64,000 nt of DNA, taken from assembly GCF_009914755.1 (NCBI RefSeq), contig NC_060948.1. One strand, given 5' to 3'. Of the stretch, positions 12,186 to 26,359 are shown piece by piece; within the stretch, counting starts at the first letter, position 1, and each line of letters begins with the position of its first letter. The notes beneath the pieces are model-generated. The model searched no databases and had not been told where the DNA came from. It saw only the letters and a list, made by a program, of their open reading frames with translations. The stretch is from the human T2T-CHM13v2.0 reference genome, Homo sapiens. A program made the translations under genes and the position numbers.

Positions 12186-15100
12186 GGCCTGGAATAAAGT
12201 GGAATGCTACGGTCTCGAATGGAATAAAAGTATATGGAATGCAATGCAATGAAACGGAATCGAATGTCATAGAATGTAATGGAATGCAAAAAAATGGAAT
12301 CCAAAATCATTGACTGGAAAGGCTGGGTGTCGAAAGGAATTGACTCCAATGGAATGGAATCGAATGGAATGGAAGTGAATAGAATCGAACTAAATCGAAT
12401 GGAATGGAATTGATAGGAACGGAATGGAAAGGAATGCAATGATTTGGCATGGAATGGAATCGAATGGCATCGAATGGAATGGAATAGAATGCAATGGAAT
12501 GGAATGTATTAGAATGTAATGAACTTTAATGGAATGTACTCGAATGGATTCGACTGGAATGGAATGTTCTGGAAGTGAATGGACTCCAATGGAATGGATT
12601 CAAAAGGAATGGAATCGTACGGAATGGAATCTAATGGAATGGAATTAAATGGAAATGAATCAAAGTGAATAGAACGGAATTGAATTGAATGGAATCGAAT
12701 GCAATGGAATCTAATGAAACGGAAAGGAAAGGAATGGAATGGAATGGAATGGGCTGGAATGGAAAGGAATCGAAACGAATGGAATGGAACCGAACTGAAG
12801 AGACTGGAATGGAATGCACTGGAATGGAAGGGAGTGTAATGGAAGGTTCTCGAAAAAAATGGAATCGAATGGAATGGAATTGAATGGAACGGAATAGAGT
12901 CGAATGGATTTGAATGGAATGGAATGGACTAGAGTGAAATGGAATCGAATCACAAGGAATGGACAGGAATAGAATGGTCTCGAATTGAATGGAATCGTAT
13001 GGAATGGCATCAAACGGAATGGAATGGACAGCCACGGAATGGAATGCACTCGAATGCAATGGAGTCAAAACTAATGGACTAGAATAAAATGGACTCGACT
13101 GGTACGGACTCCAATGGAATGGAATCGAATGGAAGGGAATCGAACGGAATGGACTCGAAGGGAAAAGACTGCAATGGAAAGGTCTCGAATGGAATGGAAA
13201 TTAATGGAATGGAATGGAATCGAATGAAATGGAGTCAAAAGGAATGGAATCGAATGGCAAGAAATCGAATGTAATGGAATCGCAAGGAATTGATGTGAAC
13301 GGAACGGAATGGAATGGAATCCAAAGGAATGGAATAGAATGGAATGGAATCGAATGGAAAGGACTCAAATGGAAATCACTCGAATAGAATGCAATTTAAT
13401 AAAATAGGATCAAATGTAATGGAATGGAATGGAAAGGAATCGAAACGAAAGGAATGGAGACAGATGGAATGGAATGGAACAGAGAGCAATGGTATAGAAT
13501 GGAATGGAATCATCTAGAATGGAATTGAATGGAATGGAATAATATGAAATGGAATGGAATGGAATGGAATGCCCTTGAATTAAATGGACTGGAATGGAAT
13601 GGACTCGAAGAGAGTGGAATGGAAAGTGTTGAGATAGAATGGAATGGACTCCTTTGGAATGGTGTAGTATGCAATGCAATCGACTGGCAGGGAATCAAAA
13701 GGAATGTAATCGAATGGATTGGACTGGAATGCGATGGACTCGAATAGTTTGGAAACGGAATGCAAAGGAATGGAATGGAATAGTATGGAATGGAATGGAA
13801 AGGAATGGAGTGGAATAGACTAGAGTGGAATGGAATGGACTGGAAAGCAATGGACTGGAATGGAACTTTCTTGAATGGACTGGAATCAAACGGAATGGAA
13901 TGCAATGCAATCAAATGGCATGGAATAAAATAGAATGAAAGAGAATCAAATGGAATTGAATCGAATGGAATCGAATGGATTGGAAAGGAATAGAATGGAA
14001 TGGAATGGAATTGACTCAAATGGAATGGACTAGAATGGAATGGATTCGAATGGAAGGCAAAGGAATGGAATCTATTGGAATGGACTGTAATGGAATGGAA
14101 TGGAAGGGATTGGAATGGACTCGAATGGAATGGACTGCAATAGAAAGGATTCGAATGGAATGAAAAAGAATTGAATGGAATAGAACAGAATGGAATCAAA
14201 TCGAATGAAATGGAATGGAATAGAAAGGAATGGAATGAAATGGAATGGAAAGGATTCGAATGGAATGCAATCGAATGGAATGGAATCGAACGGAATGGAA
14301 TAAAATGGAAGCAAACTGGCAAGAAATGGAATCGAAATGAATGGAGTGTTATGGAACGGACTCAAAAGGAATTGAATGTAATAGAATGGAGTGGAGTGGA
14401 CTCGAATATAATGGACTGGAATGGAATGAAATCACATGGAATGGGAACGAATGGAATGGAATGGAAAGGAATGGAATCGAATGGAAAGGAATCGAATGGA
14501 AGGGAATGCAATTGAATCAACAGGAATGGAAGGGAATAGAATAGACGGTAATGGAATGGACTCGAATAGAATGGACACGAATGCTCAAATTGAATGGACT
14601 CGAATGGAATGGAAACGAAAGGAATGTCATCGAATGGAATTGAATCGATTGGAATGAAATCGCATAGAATGGAGTGGAATCAAATGGAATTGAATCGAAA
14701 GGAAAGGAAGCCAATGGACTGAAATGAAATGGAATGGAATTGAATGGAAAGTAATGCAATGGAATAGAATGGAACGAAATTTCACGGAATGGAATGAAAC
14801 GGAATGGAATCAAATCAATGGAATCTAATCAAGTGGAATGGAAAGGAATTGAATGGATTAGATTGGATTGGATGGGATTGGAATGAAATGTACTGGAAAG
14901 GACTCGAATTTCATGAAACGGAATGGAATGAATTGGAACGGATTGGACTCGAATGGAATGGAATGTCATGGAATGGCATCAAATGGAATGGCATCAAATG
15001 GAATGGAATCGAATGCAATGGAATGCTATGGAATGGAATGGAATGCATTGGAATGGAATGTCCTCTAATGGAATGGATTCGAGTGGAACGGAATCGAATA

Positions 15101-15729
15101 TAATGGAGTCGAATGACATGGAATTGAAAGGAATGGGATCGAATACAATGGAATATACTGGAATGTAATGTAATGAACTCGAATGTAATTGACTGGAATG
15201 GAATGTACATGAATGGAATGTAATCGAATGGAAAGTAATCCAATGGAATAGAATCTAATGCAATAAAATCGACTCAGATAGAGTAGAATGTAATGGAATT
15301 GAGTGCAGTGCAATGGAATGGAATGGAATGGAATGCAATGGAATGGAATGGAATGGAATGGAATGGGATGGAATGGTATGGAATGGATAGTAATGGACTG
15401 GAGTGAAATGGACTGGAAAGGAATGGACTCAAATTGAAAGGGCTCGAAAGGAATGTAGTCAAATGGAATGGTCTGGAATGGAATGAACACGAATGTAATG
15501 CAATCCAATAGAATGGAATCGAATGGCATGGAATATAAAGAAATGGAATCGAAGAGAATGGAAACAAATGGAATGGAATTGAATGGAATGGAATTGAATG
15601 GAATGGGAACGAATGGAGTGAAATTGTATGCAGTAGAAGAGAATAGAATGGAATGCAAGCGAAAGGAAAGGAATGGATTGGAATGGAATGGAATTCATTG
15701 GAATGGAAGGGAATGTAGTGTAATGGACA
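12186..15729 (+). repeat. DYZ1 unit U4 (3544 bp)
   Basis: GGCC landmarks at 12186 and 15730. Confidence 0.93.
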
Positions 15730-18700
15730 GGCCTGGAATAAAGTGGAATGCTACGGTCTCGAATGGAATAAAAATGTATGGAATGGAATGCAATGAATCG
15801 GAATCGAATGTCATAGAATGTAATGGAATGCAAAAAAATGGAATCCAAAATCATTGACTGGAAAGGCTGGGTGTCGAAAGGAATTGACTCCAATGGAATG
15901 GATTCGAATGGAATGGAAGTGAATAGAATCGAACTAAATCGAATGGAATGGAATTGATAGGAACGGAATGGAAAGGAATGCAATGATTTGGCATGGAATG
16001 GAATCGAATGGCATCGAATGGAATGGAATGGAATGCAATGGAATGGAATGTATTAGAATGTAATGAACATTAATGGAATGTACTCGAATGGATTCGACTG
16101 GAATGGAATGTTCTGGAAGTGAATGGACTCCAATGGAATGGATTCGAAAGGAATGGAATCGAACGGAATGGAATCTAATGGAATGGAATTAAATGGAAAT
16201 GAATCAAATTGAATAGCACGGAATTGAATTGAATGGAATCGAATGCAATGGAATCTAATGAAACGGAAAGGAAAGGAATGGAATGGAATGGAATGGGATG
16301 GAATGGAAAGGAATCGAAACGAATGGAATGGAATTGAACTGAAGAGACTGGAATGGAATGCACTGGAATGGAAGGGAGTGTAATGGAAGGTTCTCGAAAA
16401 AAATGGAATCGAATGGAATGGAATTGAATGGAACGGAATAGAGTCGAATGGAATTGAATGGAATGGAATGGACTAGAGTGAAATGGAATCGAATCACAAG
16501 GAATGGACAGGAATAGAATGGTCTCGAATTGAATGGAATCATATGGAATGGCATCAAACGGAATGGAATGGACAGCCACGGAATGGAATGCACTCGAATG
16601 CAATGGAGTCGAAACTAATGGACTGGAATAGAATGGACTCGACTGGTACGGACTCCAATGGAATGGAATCGAATGGAAGGGAATCGAACGGAATGGACTC
16701 GAAGGGAAAAGACTGCAATGGAAAGGTCTCGAATGGAATGGAAATTAATGGAATGGAATGGAATCGAATGAAATGGAGTCAAAAGGAATGGAATCGAATG
16801 GCAAGAAATCGAATGTAATGGAATCGCAAGGAATTGATGTGAACGGAACGGAATGGAATGGAATCCAAAGGAATGGAATACAATGGAATGGAATCGAATG
16901 GAAAGGACTCGAATGGAAATCACTCGAATAGAATGCAATTTAATAAAATAGGATCAAATGTACTGGAATGGAATGGAAAGGAATCGAAACGAAAGGAATG
17001 GAGACAGATGGAATGGAATGGAACAGAGAGCAATGGTATAGAATGGAATGGAATCATCTGGAATGGAATTGAATGGAATGGAATAATATGAAATGGAATG
17101 GAATGGAATGGAATGCCCTTGAATTAAATGGACTGGAATGGAATGGACTCGAACAGAGTGGAATGGAAAGTGTTGAGATAGAATGGAATGGACTCCTTTG
17201 GAATGGTCTAGTAGGCAATGCCATCGACTGGCAGGGAATCAAAAGGAATGTAATCGAATGGATTGGACTGGAATGCAATGGACTCGAATAGATTGGAAAC
17301 GGAATGCAAAGGAATGGAATGGAATAGTATGGAATGGAATGGAAAGGAATGGAGTGGAATAGACTAGAGTGGAATGGAATGGACTCGAAAGCAATGAACT
17401 GGAATGGAACTTTCTTGAATGGACTGGAATCAAACGGAATGGAATGCAATGCAGTCAAATGGCATGGAATAAAATAGAATGAAAGAGAATCAAATGGAAT
17501 TGAATCGAATGGAATCGAATGGATTGGAAAGGAATAGAATGGAATGGAATGGAATTGACTCAAATGGAATGGACTAGAATGGAATGGATTCGAATGGAAG
17601 GCAAAGGAATGGAATCTATTGGAATGGACTGTAATGGAATGGAATGGAAGGGATTAGAATGGACTCGAATGGAATGGACTGCAATAGAAAGGATTCGAAT
17701 GGAATGAAAAAGAATTGAATGGAATAGAACAGAATGGAATCAAATCGAATGAAATGGAATGGAATAGAAAGGAATGGAATGAAATGGAATGGAAAGGATT
17801 CGAATGGAATGCAATCGAATGGAATGGAATCGAACGGAATGGAATAAAATGGAAGAAAACTGGCAAGAAATGGAATCGAAATGAATGGAGTGTTATGGAA
17901 CGGACTCAAAAGGAATTGAATGTAATAGAATGGAGTGGAGTGGACTCGAATATAATGGACTGGAATGGAATGAAATCACATGGAATGGGAACGAATGGAA
18001 TGGAATGGAAAGGAATGGAATCGAATGGAAAGGAATCGAATGGAAGGGAATGAAATTGAATCAACAGGAATGGAAGGGAACAGAATAGACGGTAATGGAA
18101 TGGACTCGAATAGAATGGACATGAATGCTCAAATTGAATGGACTCGAATGGAATGGAAACGAAAGGAATGTCATCGAATGGAATTGAATCGATTGGAAAG
18201 AAATCGCATTGAATGGAGTGGAATCAAATGGAATTGAATCGAAAGGAAAGGAAGCGAATGGAATGAAATGAAATGGAATGGAATTGAATGGAAAGTAATG
18301 CAATGGAATAGAATGGAACGAAATTTCACGGAATGGAATCAAACTGAATGGAATCAAATCAATGGAATCTAATCAAATGGAAGGGAAAGGAATTGAATGG
18401 AGTAGATTGGATTGGATGGGATTGAAAAGAAATGTACTGGAAAGGACTCGAATTTCATGAAACGGAATGGAATGAATTGGAACGTAATGGACTCGAATGG
18501 AATGGAATGTCATGGAATGGCATCAAATGGAATGGCATCAAATGGAATGGAATCGAATGCAATGGAATGCTATGGAATGGAATGGAATGCATTGGAATGG
18601 AATGTCCTCTAATGGAATGGATTCGAGTGGAATGGAATCGAATATAATGGAGTCGAATGAAGTGGAATTGAAAGGAATGGGATCGAATAGAATGGAATAT

Positions 18701-19288
18701 ACTGGAATGTAATGTAATGAACTCGAATGTAATTGACTGGAATGGAATGTACATGAATGGAATGTAATCGAATGGAAAGTAATCCAATGGAATAGAATCT
18801 AATGCAATAAAATCGACTCAGATAGAGTAGAATGTAATGGAATGGAGTGCAGTGGAAAGGAATGGAATGGAATGGAATGCAATGGAATGGTATGGAATGG
18901 AATGGAATGGAATGGAATGGAATGGGATGGAATGGTATGGAATGGATAGTAATGGACTGGAGTGAAATGGACTGGAAAGGAATGGACGCAAATTGAAAGG
19001 GCTCGAAAGGAATGGAGTCAAATGGAATGGTCTGGAATGGAATGAACACGAATGTAATGCAATCCAATAGAATGGAATCGAATGGCATGGAATATAAAGA
19101 AATGGAATCGAAGAGAATGGAAACAAATGGAATGGAATTGAATGGAATGGAATTGAATGGAATGGGAAAGAATGGAGTGAAATTGTATGCAGTAGAAGAG
19201 AATAGAATGGAATGCAAGCGAAAGGAAAGGAATGGATTGGAATGGAATGGAATTCATTGAAATGGAAGGGAATGTAGTGTAATGGACA
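15730..19288 (+). repeat. DYZ1 unit U5 (3559 bp)
   Basis: GGCC landmarks at 15730 and 19289. Confidence 0.93.
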
Positions 19289-22200
19289 GGCCTGGAATAA
19301 AGTGGAATGCTACGATCTCGAATGGAATAAAAATGTATGGAATGGAATGCAATGAAACGGAATCGAATGTCATAGAATGTAATGGAATGCAAAAAAATGG
19401 AATCCAAAATCATTGACTGGAAAGGCTGGGTGTCGAAAGGAATTGACTCCAATGGAAGGGAATCGAATGGAATGGAAGTGAATAGAATCGAACTAAATCG
19501 AATGGAATGGAATTGATAGGAACGGAATGGAAAGGAATGCAATGATTTGGCATGGAATGGAATCGAATGGCATCGAATGGAATGGAATGGAATGCAATAC
19601 AATGGAATGTATTAGAATGTAATGAAAATTAATGGAATGTACTCGAATGGATTCGACTGGAATGGAATGTTCTGGAAGTGAATGGACTCCAATGGAATGG
19701 ATTCGAAAGGAATGGAATCGAACGGAATGGAATCTAATGGAATGGAATTAAATGGAAATGAATCAAATTGAATAGCACGGAATTGAATTGAATGGAATGG
19801 AATGCAATGGAATCTAATGAAACGGAAAGGAAAGGAATGGAATGGAATGGAATGGGCTGGAATGGAAAGGAATCGAAACGAATGGAATGGAATCGAACTG
19901 AAGAGACTGGAATGGAATGCACTGGAATGGAAGGGAGTGTAATGGAAGGTTCTCGAAAAAAATGGAATCGAATGGAATGGAATTGAATGGAACGGAATAG
20001 AGTCGAATGGAATTGAATGGAATGGAATGGACTAGAGTGAAATGGAATCGAACCACAAGGAATGGACAGGAATAGAATGGTCTCGAATTGAATGGAATCG
20101 TATGGAATGGCATCAAACGGAATGGAATGGACAGCCACGGAATGGAATGCACTCGAATGCAATGGAGTCGAAACTAATGGACTGGAATAGAATGGACTCG
20201 ACTGGTACGGACTCCAATTGAATGGAATCCAATGGAAGGGAATCGAACGGAATGGACTCGAAGGGAAAAGACTGCAATGGAAAGGTCTCGAATGGAATGG
20301 AAATTAATGGAATGGAATGGAATCGAATGAAATGGAGTCAAAAGGAATGGAATCGAATGGCAAGAAATCGAATGTAATGGAATCGCAAGGAATTGATGTG
20401 AACGGAACGGAATGGAATGGAATCCAAAGGAATGGAATAGAATGGAATGGAATCGAATGGAAAGGACTCGAATGGAAATCACTCGAATAGAATGCAATTT
20501 AATAAAATAGGATCAAATGTACTGGAATGGAATGGAAAGGAATCGAAACGAAAGGAATGGAGACAGATGGAATGGAATGGAACAGAGAGCAATGGTATAG
20601 AATGGAATGGAATCATCTGGAATGGAATTGAATGGAATGGAATAATATGAAATGGAATGGAATGGAATGGAATGGAATGCCCTTGAATTAAATGGACTGG
20701 AATGGAATGGACTCGAACAGAGTGGAATGGAAAGTGTTGAGATAGAATGGAATGGACTCCTTCGGAATGGTGTAGTAAGCAATGCAATCGACTGGCAGGG
20801 AATCAAAAGGAATGTAATCGAATGGATTGGACTGGAATGCAATGGACTCGAATAGATTGGAAACGGAATGCAAAGGAATGGAATGGAATAGTATGGAATG
20901 GAATGGAAAGGAATGGAGTGGAATAGACTAGAGTGGAATGGAATGGACTGGAAAGCAATGGACTGGAATGGAACTTTCTTGAATGGACTGGAATCAAACG
21001 GAATGGAATGCAATGCAATCAAATGGCATGGAATAAAATAGAATGAAAGAGAATCAAATGGAATTGAATCGAATGGAATCGAATGGATTGGAAAGGAATA
21101 GAATGGAATGGAATGGAATTGACTCAAATGGAATGGACTAGAATGGAATGGATTCGAATGGAAGGCAAAGGAATGGAATCTATTGGAATGGACTGTAATG
21201 GAATGGAATGGAAGGGATTGGAATGGACTCAAATGGAATGGACTGCAATAGAAAGGATTCGAATGGAATGAAAAAGAATTGAATGGAATAGAACAGAATG
21301 GAATCAAATCGAATGAAATTGAATGGAATAGAAAGGAATGGAATGAAATGGAATGGAAAGGATTCGAATGGAATGCAATTGAATGGAATGGAATCCAACG
21401 GAATGGAATAAAATGGAAGAAAACTGGCAAGAAATGGAATCGAAATGAATGGAGTGTTATGGAATGGACTCAAAAGGAATTGAATGTAATAGAATGGAGT
21501 GGAGTGGACTCGAATATAATGGACTGGAATGGAATGAAATCACACGGAATGGGAACGAATGGAATGGAATGGAAAGGAATGGAATCGAATGGAAAGGAAT
21601 CGAATGGAAGGGAATGAAATTGAATCAACAGGAATGGAAGGGAATAGAATAGACGGTAATGGAATGGACTCGAATAGAATGGACACGAATGCTCAAATTG
21701 AATGGACTCGAATGGAATGGAAACGAAAGGAATGTCATCGAATGGAATTGAATCGATTGGAATGAAATCGCATAGAATGGAGTGGAATCAAATGGAATTG
21801 AATCGAAAGGAAAGGAAGCGAATGGACTGAAATGAAATGGAATGGAATTGAATGGAAAGTAATGCAATGGAATAGAATGGAACGAAATTTCACGGAATGG
21901 AATCAAACTGAATGGAATCAAATCAATGCAATCAAATCAAATGGAATGGAAAGGAATTGAATGGAGTAGATTGGATTGGATGGGATTGGAATGAAATGTA
22001 CTGGAAAGGACTCGAATTTCATGAAACGGAATGGAATGAATTGGAACGGAATGGACTCGAATGGAATGGAATGTCATGGAATGGCATCAAATGGAATGGC
22101 ATCAAATGGAATGTAATCGAATGCAATGGAATGTTATGGAATGGAATGGAATGCATTGGAATGGAATGTCCTCTAATGGAATGGATTCGAGTGGAATGGA

Positions 22201-22837
22201 ATCGAATATAATGGAGTCGAATGAAATGGAATTGAAAAGAATGGGATCGAATACAATGGAATATACTGGAATGTAATGTAATGAACTCGAATGTAATTGA
22301 CTGGAATGGAATGTACATGAATGGAATGTAATCGAATGGAAAGTAATCCAATGGAATAGAATCTAATGCAATAAAATCGACTCAGATAGAGTAGAATGTA
22401 ATGGAATGGAGTGCAGTGCAATGGAATGGAATGGAATGGAATGCAATGGAATGGAATGGAATGGAATGGAATGGGATGGAATGGTATGGAATGGATAGTA
22501 ATGGACTGGAGTGAAATGGACTGGAAAGGAATGGACTCAAATTGAAAGGGCTCGAAAGGAATGGAGACAAATGAAATGGTCTGGAATGGAATGAACACGA
22601 ATGTAATGCAATCCAATAGAATGGAGTCGAATGGCAGGGAATATAAAGAAATGGAATCGAAGAGAATGTAAACAAATGGAATGGAATTGAATGGAATGGA
22701 ATTGAATGGAATGGGAACGAATGGAGTGAAATTGTATGCAGTAGAAGAGAATAGAATGGAATGCAAGCGAAAGGAAAGGAATGGATTGGAATGGAATGGA
22801 ATTCATTGGAATGGAAGGGAATGTAGTGTAATGGACA
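19289..22837 (+). repeat. DYZ1 unit U6 (3549 bp)
   Basis: GGCC landmarks at 19289 and 22838. Confidence 0.93.
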
Positions 22838-25800
22838 GGCCTGGAATAAAGTGGAATGCTACGGTCTCGAATGGAATAAAAATGTATGGAATGGAATGCA
22901 ATGAAACGGAATCGAATGTCATAGAATGTAATGGAATGCAAAAAAATGGAATCCAAAATCATTGACTGGAAAGGCTGGGTGTCGAAAGGAATTGACTCCA
23001 ATGGAATGGAATCGAATGGAATGGAAGTGAATAGAATCGAACTAAATCGAATGGAATGGAATTGATAGGAACGGAATGGAAAGGAATGCAATGATTTGGC
23101 ATGGAATGGAATCGAATGGCATCGAATGGAATGGAATGGAATGCAATGGAATGGAATGTATTAGAATGTAATGAACTTTAATGGAATGTACTCGAATGGA
23201 TTCGACTGGAATGGAATGTTCTGGAAGTGAATGGACTCCAATGGACTGGATTAGGAAGGAATGGAATCGAACGGAATGGAATCTAATGGACTGGAATTAA
23301 ATGGAAATGAGTCAAATTGAATAGCACGGAATTGAATTGAATGGAATCGAGTGCAATGGAATCTAATGAAACGGAAAGGAAAGGAATGGAATGGAATGGA
23401 ATGGGCTGGAATGGAATGGAATCGAAACGAATGGAATGGAATCGAACTGAAGAGACTGGAATGGAATGCACTGGAATGGAAGGGAGTGTAATGGAAGGTT
23501 CTCGAAAAAAATGGAATCGAATGGAATGGAATTGAATGGAATGGAACAGAGTCGAATGGAATTGAATGGAATGGAATGGACTAGAGTGAAATGGAATCGA
23601 ACCACAAGGAATGGACAGGAATAGAATGGTCTCGAATTGAATGGAATCGTACGAAATGGCATCAAACGGTATGGAATGGACAGCCACGGAATGGAATGCA
23701 CTCGAATGCAATGTAGTCGAATCTAATGGACTGGAATAGAATGGACTCGACTGGTACGGACTCCAATGGAATGGAATCGAATGGAAGGGAATCTAACAGA
23801 ATGGACTCGAAGTGAAAAGACTGCAATGGAAAGGTCTCGAATGGAATGGAAATTAATGGAATGGAATGGAATCGAATGAAATGGAGTCAAAAGGAATGGA
23901 ATCGAATGGCAAGAAATCGAATGTAATGGGATCGCAAGGAATTGCTGTGAACGTAACGGAATGGAATGGAATCCAAAGGAATGGAATAGAATGGAATGGA
24001 ATCGAATGGAAAGGACTCGAATGGAAATCACTCGAATAGAATGCAATTTAATAAAATAGGATCAAATGTAATGGAATGGAATGGAAAGGAATCGAAACAA
24101 AAGGACTGGAGACAGATGGAATGGAATGGAACAGAGAGCAATGGTATAGAATGGAATGGAATCATCTGGAATGGAATTGAATGGAATGGAATAATATGAA
24201 ATGGAATGGAATGGAATGGAATGCCCTTGAATTAAATGGACTGGAATGGAATGGACTCGAAGAGAGTGGCATGGAAAGTGTTGAAATAGAATGGAATGAA
24301 CTCGCTTGGAATGGTATAGTATGCAATTCAATCGACTGGCAGGGAATCAAAAGGAATGTAATCGAATGGATTGGACTGGAATGCAATGGACTCGAATAGA
24401 TTGGAAACGGAATGAAAGGAATGGAATGGAATAGTATGGAATGGAATGGAAAGGAATGGAGTGGAATAGACTAGAGTGGAATGGAATGGACTCGAAAGCA
24501 ATGGACTGGAATGGAACTTTCTTGAATGGACTGGAATCAAACGGAATGGAATGCAATGCCATCAGATGTCATGGAATAAAATAGAATGAAAGAGAATCAA
24601 ATGGAATTGAATCGAATGGAATCGAATGGATTGGAAAGGAATAGAATGGAATGGAATGGAATTGACTCAAATGGAATGGACTAGAATGGAATGGATTCGA
24701 ATGGAAGGCAAAGGAATGGAATCTATTGGAATGGACTGTAATGGAATGGAATGGAAGGGATTGGAATGGACTCGAATGGAATGGACTGCAATAGAAAGGA
24801 TTCGAATGGAATGAAAAAGAATTGAATGGAATAGAACAGAATGGAATCAAATCGAATGAAATGGAATGGAATAGAAAGGAATGGAATGAAATGGAATGGA
24901 AAGGATTCGAATGGAATGCAATCGAATGGAATGCAATCGAAAGGAATGGAATCGAACGGAATGGAATAAAATGGAAGAAAACTGGCAAGAAATGGAATCG
25001 AAATGAATGGAGTGTTATGGAACGGACTGAAAAGGAATTGAATGTAATAGAATGGAGTGGAGTGGACTCGAATATAATGGACTGGAATGGAATGCAATCA
25101 CATGGAATGGGAACGAATGGAATGGAATGGAAAGGAATGGAATCGAATGGAAAGGAATCGAATGGAAGGGAATGAAATTGAATCAACAGGAATGGAAGGG
25201 AATAGAATAGACGGTAATGGAATGGACTCGAATAGAATGGACACGAATGCTCAAATTGAATGGACTCGAATGGAATGGAAACGAAAGGAATGTCATCGAA
25301 TGGAATTGAATCGATTGGAATGAAATCGCATAGAATGGAGTGGAATCAAATGGAATTGATTCGAAAGGAAAGGAAGCGAATGGACTGAAATGAAATGGAA
25401 TGGAATTGAATGGAAAGTAATGCAATGGAATAGAATGGAACGAAATTTCACGGAATGGAATCAAACTGAATGGAATCAAATCAATGGAATATAATCAAAT
25501 GGAATGGAAAGGAATTGAATGGAGTAGATTGGATTGGATGGGATTGGAATGAAATGTACTGGAAAGGACTCGAATTTCATGAAACGGAATGGAATGAATT
25601 GGAACGGAATGGACTCGAATGGAATGGAATGTCATGGAATGGCATCAAATGGAATGGAATCGAATGCAATGGAATGCTATGGAATGGAATGGAATGCATT
25701 GGAATGGAATGTCCTCTAATGGAATGGATTCGAGTGGAATGGAATCGAATAAGATGGAGTCGAATGAAATGGAATTGAAAGGAATGGGACTGAATACAAT

Positions 25801-26359
25801 GGAATATACTGGAATGTAATGTAATGAACTCGAATGTAATTGACTGGAATGGAATGTACATGAATGGAATGTAATCGAATGGAAAGTAATCCAATGGAAT
25901 AGAATCTAATGCAATAAAATCGACTCAATAGAGTAGAATGTAATGGAATGGAGTGCAGTGCAATGGAATGGAATGGAATGGAATGCAATGGAATGGAAAG
26001 GAATGGGATGGAATGGATAGTAATGGACAGGAGTGAAATGGACTGGAAAAGAATGGACTCAAATTGAAAGGGCTCGAAAGGAATGGAGTCAAATGGAATG
26101 GTCTGGAATGGAATGAACACGAACGTAATGCAATCCAATAGAATGGAATCGAAAGGCATGGAATATAAAGAAATGGAATCGAAGAGAATGGAAACAAATG
26201 GAATGGAATTGAATGGAATGGAATTGAATGGAATGGGAACGAATGGAGTGAAATTGTATGCAGTAGAAGAGATTAGAATGGAATGCAAGCGAAAGGAAAG
26301 GAATGGATTGGAATGGAATGGAATTCATTGGACTTGAAGGGAATGTAGTGTAATGGACA
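22838..26359 (+). repeat. DYZ1 unit U7 (3522 bp, diverged spacer unit)
   Basis: GGCC landmarks at 22838 and 26360; dense private variants and two 1-bp deletions (~24414, ~25927). Confidence 0.92.

Larger units (their letters stand above)
1919..23245 (+). repeat. Higher-order block A (about 6 DYZ1 units), first copy
   Basis: Unit-length series 3509/3513/3534/3544/3559/3549 and private variants recur 24,730 bp (then 24,725 bp) downstream; the ORF track repeats with the same offsets (e.g. 2060..2587 vs 26790..27317). Confidence 0.92.
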
